A stretch of 64,000 nt of DNA, from positions 178,126,001 through 178,190,000 of the forward strand of contig NC_042997.1 of the NCBI RefSeq assembly GCF_006345805.1, given 5' to 3'. The position numbers and the translations under genes are program-made. This DNA is from Octopus sinensis. Its lineage: Eukaryota. The notes beneath the pieces were generated by a model. It was not told the DNA's origin, did not search any database, and worked only from the letters and a program-made list of their open reading frames with translations. This document shows, piece by piece, positions 50,214 through 63,064 of the stretch (position 1 is its first letter; each line of letters opens with the position of its first letter).

Positions 50214-50983
50214 GGCGCAGGAGTGGCTGTGTGGTGTAAGTATCTTGCTTACCAATGACATGGTTTAGGGTTCAGTCCCACTGTGTGGTACCTTGGGCAA
50301 GTGTCTTCTACTATAGCCTCGGGCTGACCAAAGCCTTGTGAGTGCATTTGGTAGATGGAAACTGAAAAGAAGCCCGTCTTATATATGCATATGTATATAT
50401 GTATGTGTGTGTGTGTTTGTCTCCTCAACATTGCTTGACAACCAATGCTGGTGTGTTTACGCCCACGTAACTAAGCGGTTCAGCAAAAGAGACCGATAGA
50501 ATAAGTACTAGGCTTTCATAGAAGTCCTGGGGTTGATTTGCTCGACTAAAGGTGGTGCTCCAGTATGGCCGCAGTCAAATGACTGAAACAAGTAAAAGAG
50601 TAAAAGAAAGTATAGGTACAGGTATGGCTGTGTGGTAAGATGTTTACTTTCCAACTACATGGTTTTGGGTTCAGTCTCACTGTATGGGACCTTGGGCAAA
50701 AGGAAGTCTTGCGAATGGATTTGGTAGATGGAAGCTGAAAGAAGCCAGTTGTGTGTGTGTGCGTGTCGCTTTATGTATGTGTTTGTCCTTCACCACCGCT
50801 TGACAGCTGGTGTTGGTGTGTTCATGTCCCTGTAACTTAACAGGTTGGTAAAAGAGACCAACAGAATAAGTACCAGGCTTTATAAAAAATAGTAAGTACT
50901 GGGGGAGATAAGTTCAACTAAAATTCTTCAAAGCAGTGCCCCAGCACAGCCACAGTCTAATGACTGAAACAAGTAAAAGATAA
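50214..50983 (+). mobile_element. Two tandem SINE-A copies
   Basis: Heads at about 50214 and 50615. Confidence 0.85.
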
Positions 50984-52241
50984 AATCCTCTGACCTTTCA
51001 AAGTATTAAGTATTCCATATTCATGAGTATATGTATGAGAGAAATAGAATATGTGTGAGTAAAAAAGAAGTGGTGGCGGGTATGCAGAAATGCTTCTTGT
51101 TCAATACTTTTACAGATTCAGCTTGTCTAGCATGTGATCAAGCTGGGGCACTGCTGTAAATCTATGCAAATAACCACTAAGACAGTGAATTGCCAGATTT
51201 GTTATCGTGTTGAATAGAATGCCTTGAGGTATTTGTTCTGACTGTGTTCTGGGTTCATGTCTCACTGAGGTGAACACTGCTTTTCACTGTTTTGATATTG
51301 ATGGAAAAAAAAAAATGCACCTATCCAGTATTGTGAATTGGCAGAGCTGTTAGGATGTCAGATGTTTCGCAGCATCTGTTTCGTTTTTTTTTGTATTCTG
51401 ACAACAATACCTGCAATGACACATGCCGGACTGTATGAGTGCAGGTTGGTAGCCTTTCCCTTGGATAAAAATTTGTATAACAGAGAATGGATACTTGCAT
51501 GCATGAACATCAGCCAAACATGCTCAAATCTTGATCAGGTCTAGACATACATGTGCAGATGCATCTTGACTGATGGATACCCTATCATCATCATTTAGTG
51601 TCCATTTTCAATATTGGTATAGGTTGGATGGCTTGACAGGAACCAGTGAACCTGAAGACTGTGCCAAGCTTCAGTATAGCTTCTATGGCTGGATTATCTT
51701 CCTAAACACCACCTGCTTCACAGAGTGTACTGGGTGCTTTTAATATGGCATCAACATTAGTGTGGTCAGCAAGCAACACAAAAGAGAATACCCTGACCAT
51801 TGAACTGAGGTGGGTGTAATACTGAGGGAGGAGTCATTATGTCAAATGATGATAGTGTGTGTGTGGGTGATACTGGTGTCACATAACTGGCATCCGTGCC
51901 AGTGGTGTGTAAAGAGCACTCTTTGAACATTGGATCTCATGGAGGTGATGACAAGTGACCGAGACCGTTGGTGATAATTTGTGCTTGAGAAGACTCGTTA
52001 AGCCAAGTGAAATTGTAGTTGTGGCCAATACTGGTGTCATGTAACTGGCAGCTGTGCCGGTGGCATGTAAAAAGCACTCATTACACTCTTGGAGTGGTTG
52101 GCGTTTGCAAGGGGCATCCAGCCGTAGAAACCATGCCAAATTGGACTGGAACCTGATGTAGCTCTCCAGCTTACTAGTTCCAGTCAAACTGTGTAACCCA
52201 TGCCAGTATGGAAAGTAGACACCATATATATATACATACAT

Positions 52242-52555
52242 ACCAGTGTCATCCAACTAAAGTACAAATATATGGGAAACTACCACCTGTATCATCTCTT
52301 GTGAAAGGTAGAAGTGTCCAGTTTGCTGGACATTGTTGTAGAGCTGAAAACAAGTCAATTTCTACACTTCTCCTCTGGAAGCCATCTACTCGCGATACCA
52401 GAAGGCGCACACTCTCCCACCCTGATGTAATCTCCAGGGATACGAGCATCCAGCAACAGGACCTCCGTAATGCTATGATGGACCGTGAAGTCTGGTGGAG
52501 CATGGTAAATTCTATTGTCTTGACCACGGTCGAACAATGATGATGATGATGATGA

Positions 52556-52558
<3 letters not shown>
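52242..52558 (+). mobile_element. 3' end of an RTE/RTE-X-like LINE with (GAT)n tail
   Basis: HPTKVQIYGKLPPVSSLVKGRSVQFAGHCCRA...LLLWKP...AMMDREVW, stop then (GAT)n. Confidence 0.8.
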
Positions 52559-52592
<34 letters not shown>

Positions 52593-52941
52593 CAATACAT
52601 TAACTGAAGCTAACATATTCAGTGTACAACAGTATTCCATTTCTTTACAGCCATTAAATGGAGATTTTTATAGAAGTTACAATAATTTTTGAAAAATAAA
52701 ATAAAGTTAGTCATATTACTTATAGAACATAACGTTAAATTTTCGTTGAGATATGAAGTCACAAGTTGAGAGGTTAATGTTTGGTAACTTATTTATGTAG
52801 GTATTGTTCTTCACAGATAAAAAAGATTTTTTTTTGACATTCATTTCATTGTGCTAACATGAGTGTAGTTGTTTATTTGTTGACTTAATTATTTTTACGC
52901 TGTTCTCCCTTAATCATAACAATTCAACTGTGAAATCAGAA

Positions 52942-53547
52942 GGACCTTTTTGGTTTGAACGGCAGTTTTTAACATAATTTCTAGGTAACTAAAAAATTTT
53001 AAACTTCGTATACTGGTAGAATGTGTTTATAAAACATCATTTTCTCTTGGTTTTCTTGAGAAAATTCTGTAGTTTGTAACATATTTCGTCTTTAATTTCT
53101 TGCATTTGGGCAATTTTAACCAATCACTGGCGTCTATTGAGTTAAAAAGCATTCTGTGCCGTATGAATATGTCCCTCTTTTAAGAAACAGATTGGGTTTA
53201 TTTACATTTGTGAAGAAAAAAAAAAGATACCCTTCCCCCACCCCTAACTAATTATGGGTGACAATTTCATATGACACCGCTAGAAAAAACTGCCATTTTC
53301 TCTAGCGGTGTCATATGAAATTGTCACCCATAATTATGACCCTAGAATCGATCTATTGCATTTCAATCTATTTTAGATTTAGGGTTAGGGTTATTAAAGA
53401 CGAAATATGTTACAAACTACAAAATTCTCTCAAGAAAGCCAAGAGAAAATGATGTTTTATAAACACATTCTACCAGTACACGAAGTTAAAAAATTTTTAG
53501 TTACCTAGAAATTATGTTAAAAACTGCCGTACAAACCGAAAAGATCC
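52942..53547. mobile_element. Rearranged MITE with about 155-bp terminal inverted arms and 8-bp TSD
   Basis: TSD AATCAGAA at 52934-52941 and 53548-53555; GG...CC ends; internal perfect 36-bp hairpin at 53249-53336. Confidence 0.88.
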
Positions 53548-55593
53548 AATCAGAATATAACAGCTTATATTCAGGCAAATAAATTAGTCTAAACAGAGTT
53601 ATGTACCTTGTTCAAGAGCATAGCAAACACAAAGTCCATAGCATAAGAATAGTGGAAATAAAACTAATAGAAAATATTGACGGGAAATTATGCTAAAAAT
53701 CGAAATGAAAATAACATTTTGCTTTTTTATACTGATAAATTATATTAAATAGAGTAACTTCCAGAATAATGAAATCATACAAAAGACACAATAGGCTGAG
53801 TGTTTAAACCATAAATCAAGTGGTTTGATTTATTGAAGTATGTTACAGAAATTACGAAGTTGGCTGCCTTAATGCATCATCATTCCTATCATCTTGTGTA
53901 GGATGTCAGGACTACAGGTTTCAAATGAGCATAAACGGAAAGCTAACAAAACCTGCTAGCTTTCACTTAAATTTTATGTATTACCCTTTTGTGGCCATAT
54001 TTCTAACAAAACACATTGCCCTATATGCTTCAATTAATTTTGAAAATAATGAAAAAAAATTACAGGAATTAAAAAAAAAAAATTAATTTACATTATTAGG
54101 GTATGTTTAGAACATCAGTTATTGAAAGTTTTTTTTTTGATATAAAATTATGTTGGAAGGTTTTTTTCTTTTATTTAAATACGAACATTTTAAAATGGGA
54201 GGTTTTTGTTTTGTAGAGCCAGAGACCGTCTTAGGGACTTTTATACCAAAAGGATCAAGTAGGTTTAGTTTTGCTTGTATATCATCCATCAAATGTTTAA
54301 GGACTGAAGTCAGTGGGTTACTTACATACAAAAACCTTGTCTGGAACTCACAGCAATTTAACCCAATTAATTAAATACATTTTCAGTTTAATGTACCTGT
54401 TGACGGACTGAATACTTGTTCTCTGACCTAAGAGAATAAATCTAAGTTGGGTGCCACAGCTGCAGACAAGAACTGACTCCAAGAAATGGTAACTCTGAAA
54501 CCATAACATGAGTTGATTTTAGTAGCAATGCAAAGTTTTAAAATATTAAATTAAAAATCCATATGTTATTAATTAATTGTCCTTAATGTTGCTCTCTGCA
54601 AATGTTTTTATTATTATTATTATTATTATTATATATTATTATTTCTATTATTATTATTACTTATAGGCTGTTCAGGGGCCTTACTTGCTTGCTTGCCCTT
54701 TGGCTGCAGGGGCCAAAGGATAAATTGAACATTTGCTATACAGGTGTACCTTCTCTAATATACATATTTCCAAAAGAGATAAGCACTAATTAGCAAACAT
54801 TTTCTATCACAGTCAATATTCATTTTTAGAATTAACCACGGGGGAGAAAAAAAAAAAAAAGATCCAAATTAGAAGAAAAAAAAAAATGAAAAATTAGGAA
54901 TGAAAGATAGATTTTTCTTACGGAACAGCAGAAAATTGCACATTTACGATAGAGTATTTCAGTTGTAGGTAAAACTGCTGTTACCAACAACTGATAACAA
55001 TTGCATAGTTTTAAACTGTATACAATAAGAGGTGGCGGGTTGGGAATCAAAAGATGTGGTCAACCAAAGTAACTAGGTTTTAAAAACATAACAAGTTAAC
55101 AAATAAAGGAGAATTAAAATACTTGTTAAGAAGAAGTTTTAAAAAAAAAAAAGAAAAGAAGGAAACTCCAGGAATTTAGTTTATATCTTTGGTTGTAGCT
55201 TTTGTTTCTTGGATTTTAGTAGATTTAGTAGTTATTTTGTATCGTTTATCTTAGCTTTCCATTTTTCAACAAGCAAGTGTTAAGGAATACTAATTAGGAT
55301 ACAGAAATTAGTTTAGAAAATTTAAAAAAAAAAAAAAAGAAAGAAAGTGGGGTTAAAAAAAAAAACAAACAACAGCTGAAAACTAAATTGCCACTGTGAA
55401 CATTTTGTTTCTTCGTTTTATCTAGTTTGAATATAGGTAAAGTCAATCTATTCAAACCTCAAAAGCCAGGTAGATAATATATTTATTGCTGCAATCATAA
55501 GACATCCAAACATAGCCATAGTAACATACATACATACAGTATATGAAAGATGCATGCAAACAAGAGATGTCCAACAAGGAGAATATGCAGACC

Positions 55594-56153
55594 TTAACTT
55601 TTGAAATAATGGACGTAAACATTATTTCTATGCGAGAAACCATGTACAAGATATCTTTGTCTACCTGTTGTGTAATCATGGAGGTGTGTGATTGGTGAGG
55701 ACACAAAAGAAGAAGCAGCAGCAGCGGCCGCAGCAGAACTGCTTACAGGAGGAGGAGGAGGGGAAGGAAGAGCTAGTGTCGACGTGGCAGAATCAGAGCT
55801 TTCATTGTTAAAGTCTGTACAGTTATCATTACCATCACAACCATCAATTTTACTTGTTCTTTGGTTGCAGCTGCCACTACTGCTGCTGCAACTGCCACTG
55901 CTATTGCAGCTGTTCGGGTCGTCCATGCCATTACTGTCTTCGGTGCCGAGCGGCAGCAGCTCTCGTGAAAGGTTAATCTGAAGAGGCAGGTTCGGGACAT
56001 GCTTTAAATGCTGATATACGTCCATGTCTGCACGCACAAATAGAGTGATACCAGCGCGATAGGCGGCTGGAATACGGATGTGTTGAGTAAGTTGTGGTCG
56101 ATAGCCAGGGACGCGAGGCATGCTAGCTTCACGAAGTACATTGACTACTTGAC
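55594..56153 (-). CDS. Probable terminal coding exon with low-complexity Ser/Ala/Pro tail
   Basis: TTTCAG acceptor in frame; GQVVNVLREASMPRVPGYRPQLTQHIRIPAAYRAGITLFVRAD... to TAA at 55594-55596; alternative donor possible at 55664. Confidence 0.8.
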
Positions 56154-57948
56154 CTGAAAGAAAAAGGATAAATGAATTTAAAAACAAACAAACAAACAGA
56201 ATTTAAATATGAAATATTGCCAGTAGGGGTAAAATCCACATTTTGGATAATGCAGCCCACCTACTAAAAATAAACTATTTATCAAGCAAATGAAGTTACT
56301 ATGTGATTGCTTGACCTGCTAGAATTATCAGCAAAATCCCCTCCAAATTACATTGAAGACCCACCCACCACAACAGAATTGAGATTCTAAAACCAAGTTG
56401 CCACACAAAAGGCATTGATGTGGGTGCTGGTGCTATGTAAAAAGCACCTAGTACACTCTGTAAAGTGGCTGGCACTAGCAAGGGTGTCCAGACATAGGAA
56501 CCAAGCCAAAACAGACCATGGAACCTAGCACGACCCTAGCCTTGCCAATTCTTGTCAAGCCGTTCCAAACCATGCCAATATGGAAAATGGATGGTTGATG
56601 ATGACGTTGATGATATCTTGGAAAAAAAAAAATAAAAAGAAAAAAAAGAAGAGAGAGCTGCCTGAACAAAAACTGGATGGTCACAGGTGGGATGCTGTCG
56701 ATAACAGTGCTGACCTGGGGTTAAACAGCAAATACTTGCAATATATGCACCTCTTACAAGGTTCTGCAAGGAATTTATAATGTAGTTAAATGAGATTGTG
56801 TGACATTCATACTCTTCATAATTATTAGTAACACTTTTGAAGAGAAAGCACTAAAAAGGGGAACTGAAACCTGCTCACTGGGTCAGTAAGCCAGGTAGAG
56901 TGATGGGACTGCATGGCTGTGATGTTAAGAAACTTGCTTTGCAAACATGTGACTTTAGGTTCAGTACCAGAGTGTGGCACTGCACCTTGAGCAAGTCACT
57001 TCTGTAGTAGCTCTGAGTTGACCAATACCTTGTTAGTGAACTTAGTAGATAAAAACTATGTGAAAGTCCATTGTATATATATATATGTGTGTGTGTTATG
57101 CCAACACCACTTGACAACTGGTGTTGGTTTGTTTATGTTCTTTTAACTTTTTGCAGTTTGGTAAAAGAGATTGATAGAATAAGTAGCTGACTTAAAAAAA
57201 AAACAACATAAAACTAAGAACTGGGATGGATTTGTTTGACTAAACCCATCAAGGCAGTGTCCCAGCATGGCTGCAGTTCAATGACTGACACATATATAAT
57301 TTTCTTTTCTACTCTAGGCACAAGGCCTGAAATTTTCAGGGAGGGGGTAGTCGATTAGCTCGACCCCAGTGCACAACTCGTACTCAATTTATCGACCCCG
57401 AAAGGATGAAAGGCAAAATTTACCTTGGCGGAATTTGAACTCAGAACGTAAAGACAGACAAAATACTGCTAAGTATTTCGCCTGGCGTGCCAACGTTTCT
57501 GCCAGCTCGCCGCCTTATGACACATATATAATTTTTCGACTTGGAACTTATTGCAAAGCTGCAGGATCAGCAACATTTTTTGTCTTCCCATTGAGGGAGG
57601 CAGCAGGGGGTCAGTTCAATTTTTTTTTACTATCTAACCTCTTTCTTTCTCCCTCTCTCTCTCTTTTTCTGCTGATTGTTTTCAACCATCACCATCATTA
57701 CCACAACACACCATTCAGACTTCTGATACCACCACCATCAATACCTTTCATCTTGTCTGACCACGTGAGTATGGAAAAGTGGACATTAAAATAATACTGA
57801 TGATGATGGCATGTATACACGTACATGCACACATACACATATTCTCGCATTTATATTGAACATTTTGAGCAAGGCAATATGCATCCAATGAACCAACCAT
57901 TATGAAATCAGGAAAGAAATTAAAAGGTCCAAAAACAGAGCACAGTAC

Positions 57949-58131
57949 CTAATACATTCATAGTTCTCCACCGATGGGGTTCATCATGACACATTAAATT
58001 GGACAAGTTAGTGTCTTCGTGGAAACGGCTGATGATATCTTGTCGCTTGATCAACAGAACCCTATCACTTGTTAGTTGTTGCATTAAATGTTTTTCACTC
58101 ACCAATTTCAAAGGGTTTGTCATGTAAGCAC
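57949..58131 (-). CDS. Exon 4 of visible gene
   Basis: 183 nt, TTTCAG acceptor, GTACTG donor; GAYMTNPLKLVSEKHLMQQLTSDRVLLIKRQDIISRF...RWRTMNVL. Confidence 0.85.
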
Positions 58132-58244
58132 CTGAAATGACAGTGTTCGCATTTTATTAAAATAAAAAGGAAAATAATAAAACAAACAATAGTAAAAGTC
58201 AAAATTATTTAACGTGAATGCTACAAACAAAATAGCTATCTTTT

Positions 58245-58476
58245 GTACATTATTTATATTTGATGGATATTTGTCCTCATCTTGTTTGTTGTTAACATGT
58301 TTCGGCTGATACACCCTCCAGCCTTTATCAGGTGTCTTGGGGAAATTTCTAATCTGGGTTCTCATTCCTAAGGTATTTTTCAATATTATTATTATTATTA
58401 TTCAGGTCACTGCCTGGAATTGAACTTGGAATCTTGGGGTTAGTAGCCTGTGCTCTTAACCACTATGCCATATGCC
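58245..58476 (-). mobile_element. Second tRNA-headed SINE with hammerhead-like tail (intronic)
   Basis: A-box TGGCATAGTGGTTAAG, B-box GTTCAATTCC, (AAT)n, then GACAC-CTGATAA-A-GGCTG...CAGCC-GAAAC (degenerate core). Confidence 0.75.
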
Positions 58477-59268
58477 TGTGGGAAATTAATAAAGTGAATT
58501 TTAGGGCTTATAAATCTAATATTTTCTAATCCTTCCTTAATACCGGTTCCCATATGCTGCTAATATCTGCACTCGGTTTGCTTAGGAGGTTGTTGTGTTC
58601 TAGCATATGTGCTGCTGCTTTTAGTTTTCATACTTTTCAGTGGTGTTCTCTGTCTATTATTTTAATTTCATCTCACATGATCAGCTATACCCGATTTATG
58701 AATATCTCCTCGTGTCACAGCTTTGCGATGTTCGTCTACCCTCATCTCTTAAATTATAGAAGTGTGAGCTATCCTTTGTATCATAATATATATACATATA
58801 TATGATGCCAAGTAAAAAGCATCCAATCCACACTGTAAAGAGGTTGGTGTTAGGAAGGGCATCCAGCTGTAAAAACCCTGCCAAAACAGACACAAAAGTC
58901 TGGTGCAGGCTCCTGCCTGGTCAGCTCCTGTCAAAATGTCCAACCCACGCTGGCATGGTAGGCAGATGTTAAAGATGATGACGATGATATCATTGACAGT
59001 CAAATTATTGCGTTTTTTTTTTATTTGAGATAAAATCTCTTACAGAAAATGCTGTGTTAAAAAATGCAATGTATATCAGAGAAAGAAGAAAAATCGTCTT
59101 AGCAATGGATAGCAACAGTGTCAGATGCATTTTGGCTTTCTTGGGCCTTATTATTGACATGTACTTGTAGCTACATGCCAAGGCGAGATCTGTCAACTCC
59201 AACAATACATTCGCTGGTATTGAAAGTGGCTTCTGGGTTGAATAAATAATCCAGTTTATGCAACTGAA

Positions 59269-59621
59269 AGTGAAGGCGCATGGCTCAGTGGTTAGAGCGT
59301 CGAGCTTACGATCGTGAGGTTGTGAGCTCGAATCCTGGACCGGGCTGCGTGTTGTGTTCTTGAGCAAGGCACTTTATTTCACATTGCTCCAGTTCACTCA
59401 GCTGTAGAAATAAGTTGTGACGTCACAGGTGCCAAGCTGTATCGACCTTTGTCTTTCCCTTGGATAACACTGGTGGCGTGGAGAGGGGAGGCTGGTATGC
59501 ATGGGCGACTGCTGGTCTTCCATAAACAACCTTGCCCGGACTTGTGTTTAGGAGGGTAACTTTCTAGGTGCAATCCCATGGTCATTCATGACCAAGGGGG
59601 GGTCTTTAAAAAAAAAAAAAA
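59269..59621 (+). mobile_element. Young tRNA-derived SINE (family E) with poly(A) tail and 11-bp TSD, intronic
   Basis: Head GAAGGCGCATGGCTCAGTGGTTAG...GCTCGAATCC; TSD ATGCAACTGAA at 59258-59268 and 59622-59632. Confidence 0.88.
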
Positions 59622-59860
59622 ATGCAACTGAAGCAGCATCGATTTAAATTACCGCCTATATATCATACTCAGTGAACCGCAAGCTTGAGTAATAATAATA
59701 TACTTGCAAAACAGGCAAGGGTTGGGGGAGACAGGAAGAGCATCTGGTTGTAAAATACTACCTGAGATAAAGTACCATTTCCAATGTGTACCAGAACAAG
59801 GAAAAGGTTGCAAAATGAGTGCATGAATGAACAAATGAACTAATCAATAAGTATTCTCAC

Positions 59861-59965
59861 CCTTTGAACTAACACCATAGATCATTTGATGATGCCAGGA
59901 GTCTGGGATCGCCCAGCCAGGTTGAACTGCCTTTTGGATATTTAAAGTAGCAATAGGTACTGCAT
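59861..59965 (-). CDS. Exon 3 of visible gene
   Basis: 105 nt, TTTCAG acceptor, GTGAGA donor; DAVPIATLNIQKAVQPGWAIPDSWHHQMIYGVSSK. Confidence 0.85.
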
Positions 59966-59994
59966 CTGAAATAAAATATAAACAAATGGTTTTT

Positions 59995-60036
<42 letters not shown>

Positions 60037-60661
60037 TAACTTTAATAGTATAATCACAGAGTACCAGCCACATTTAAGTTATAAGATCTGTGTGATCTAA
60101 ATGCCCTGTTCTCAGTTCAGAGTTTAAATCCCATTTGAGTTGACTTTGCTTTTCCTCCCTCCAAGCTGGATGCTAGATAAAATAAACACCAGTAACATAT
60201 TGCATCCACCACAAGTGCCATTCTTTGTTACGGTGTAGTTGGCTTGTTTGTTTCAATGACCATGAGAGCTATACCAGCAGATAGCAAGCAGCTGGGAGGG
60301 CCTCCAAAGCTGCACAGGTCAAAAGTTAGAGGTCAGACTAAAATAGACTTCCTCTTCCTAACAATACTACCAAGAAAAATAAGCAAAGTTGTCAATATTA
60401 ATTTAAAGCCAACAAAACCTGGGAAAAGAAGGCCACCTCTCAGCTGCATTGAAATCCAAAAGGATCTCCTGCTTTACATGTCATGTTCTGACATGAATCC
60501 GCAAGGGAGGTATAAGAGAGCTCAAAACAGCTGGAGGCAGACTCACTAAAAACAGCTGGAGGCCAGAGGGGTCCATCTGGATAAAAACAGAAAGCTTGAA
60601 GTAGAGAAAAGTGAAGAAAAGTTATTGCTAGCCTGTGCTCCATATGGAATGAAAGGCTTAA

Positions 60662-61138
60662 CCCTTTAGCATTTAAACCAGCCTGTGTCCAGGTAAGTTC
60701 ACTGTCATCAATCTACCACAGGGAAAGGTCACAGTCAACAATCCATTGCAGGGAAAGTTCACCGTCAACATTTCACCGCAGGGAAAATTCACCGTAGGGA
60801 AAATTCACTGTGATCAATTCACCACAGGGAAAGTTCCCTGTCATCAGTTCACTTTTTTTTTTTTTTCTTCAATAAAATAGTTTTTGACTATTAATGGTGA
60901 GATACTATGGATAATTTTCTTGGTAAACTCTTCTTGCAGTGAACTTTCCTCAAGGTGAACTTTCTTTATGGTGAATTGATGGCAGTGAACTCACCAGTAA
61001 TTAAAGTATCCATATCTGGCCCAAATTTTCTACCTATTTTATGCACAAGCTGGTCAAATCTAACCTCTTACACCTATTCTACAATGTCATCCTAAAAATA
61101 AGCATTACGTCTGACAGAGTAAGCTGAATGCTACAGGG
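60662..61138. mobile_element. piggyBac-type MITE with a nested TIR element (60692-60995)
   Basis: TTAA flanks, TIR CCCTTTAGCATT/AATGCTACAGGG; nested element TIR GGT(A/G)AGTTCACTG(T/C)CATCAAT with internal CAGGGAAA subrepeats. Confidence 0.8.
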
Positions 61139-61636
61139 TTAAGTGAAGTGAAGTGAACAGTGTACAACTAACTATATCCTTTCCTATAAAAATCTGTGGC
61201 TTTGTACTAAAGCTAGAAACCCACTGTACATTGCAAAGTGCAGTGTGGTTTTGAGTGCAGTATGATAGAGATGTGAAATAGGAGGGCTGGATTTTGTGGT
61301 CTCATTCTTCAACAAACTATCAACATTCCACAGGTCTGCTGAAGCTGGACTGACTAGCGTGACACAAGAGACGTTACTGTAGTTATGGACTAATGATTCA
61401 AGTAGAGAAATGGTAGAAATAGACATAATAAACTTAGTAAAGGTACATAATTTATTAGAACATAAACTGATGAAACTGTGGATCAAGTGGGATTAGTCCA
61501 ACCAGAGAGCAGTCAACTCCATGGATCAGATGCAGAACTGTTGAACCCATAACAACAGAAGAATACATGTGATGATGATGACAATGGGAAAACAAATATC
61601 AAAGGCCAAATGGGGATATTTAAAAAAAAAAAACAT

Positions 61637-61924
61637 TCGAGTGAGGTCGTTGCCAGTGCCGCTGGACTGGCTCCTGTGCAAGTGGCATATAAAAAAATAC
61701 CATTTGAGCGTAACCATTGCCAGTACTACCTGACTGGCCCTCGTGCCGGTGACACGTAAAGGCACCCACTACACTCTGGGAGTGGTTGGCGTTAGGAAGG
61801 GCATCCAGCTGTAGAAACTCTGCAAGATCAGATTGGAGTCTGGTGCAGCCATCTGGTTCACTAGACCTCAGTCAAATCATCCAACCATGCTAGCATGGAA
61901 AGCGGATGTTAAACGATGATGATG
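61637..61924 (+). mobile_element. RTE 3' tail copy (intronic)
   Basis: Conserved tail and (GAT)n. Confidence 0.8.
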
Positions 61925-62086
61925 AAATTTAATTTTTTTTTTTAAAGAATTTAAATAATCTAATTTTTAGCATTTTAATCATTGATACAAAAAAAAATGT
62001 GAGAGATGTTAATATGAATATGCTAATTATTTCAGCAAATAAAACAAGTTTTAAGAAATCCATGAGAAGGAAAATTTCATTTCAAC

Positions 62087-62218
62087 CTTTTTTAATCCAT
62101 TCTCCAAGCCATTTCAAAACTTGAACATCACGGGGTGGATAGAAATCAAAAAATCTCCCTTTAATGGTTCCATTTGTCAAAGATTCAACAAACTTGATTA
62201 AATCCTCAGCAGTAGTTC
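62087..62218 (-). CDS. Exon 2 of visible gene
   Basis: 132 nt, phase 1 to 1, AG/GT (weak donor GTTGAA); TTAEDLIKFVESLTNGTIKGRFFDFYPPRDVQVLKWLGEWIKK. Confidence 0.82.
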
Positions 62219-62952
62219 CTAGATAGAGAAGAGGAGAAACACAGAAATACAGAATATGAACCAATGGAAGAGGATGGACAAAGAAATCGGAAAAGAAATC
62301 ATAAAATTAAAAATATAATACTTTTACTTATTACTACATTTCAAGGTATCTCCATAAACTATAGAATATTTTCTGAAAGTTGACTTTATAAGTTGTTTGA
62401 TTATAGACTTAGAAAATAAATGCAATGGTTATGAGGTAAAGATACTGCCAGGCCAGAGCCTTACATTCTGTTGTTAGTGGTACCTAATACATGTCACATT
62501 TGGATAGTGAAATTTATTTAGAAAAAGTTATCTGGCTATAAAACAAAATTTTAATACTGAAATGAATTGAATTATAACAAACTTGTTATATGGTGGATTG
62601 CCAGAATCAGTAGAGACACAGATAAAAGTGCTTTGTGGAATCTAACTTTGCTTTCTTACATTCTGTGTTCAAATCTTGATGAAGGTGACTTCAGCCTTTT
62701 ATATTGGGGTTGCTATAACAATGTATGAAACATGTACCTGTGGTTGATGCAATTAAAATTAAGCCCAGTTCCCAAAATGTAAGGCCTTTTGCCTGGGCTA
62801 GAAATCCTTATTAGTTGTAAGAAAAAAAAGAAAAAAAAAGCTATTTCTATTTCACATTAATGTTAATAATTTAAAACTAAATTTCATGGGGTATCATTTG
62901 GTACTGAAACACCTCACAAGTAGTTTCTGAGTGTTACAAAAAATTTACTTAC

Positions 62953-63064
62953 CTGCTTTTGCTCTAGAAAATAAGTACTGTGGAATTGGAGCTGTGGAGT
63001 CTCTCAAATTGATTGGAGCCTTTTCTAATACTTTAGGTTTGTCCAATAAGATATTAAATGCATT
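62953..63064 (-). CDS. Exon (first visible) of an uncharacterised protein, papain/C39-like fold candidate
   Basis: TAG acceptor after a polypyrimidine tract, strong GTAAGT donor, phase 0 to 1; NAFNILLDKPKVLEKAPINLRDSTAPIPQYLFSRAKAG. Confidence 0.8.

Noticed and set aside
53378-53392. TTAGGG telomeric repeats
   Set aside because: Only about two units, inside a MITE.
59100-59265. Extra exon between exons 3 and 4
   Set aside because: The phase-compatible frame has an immediate stop, and exons 3 and 4 join in frame without it.
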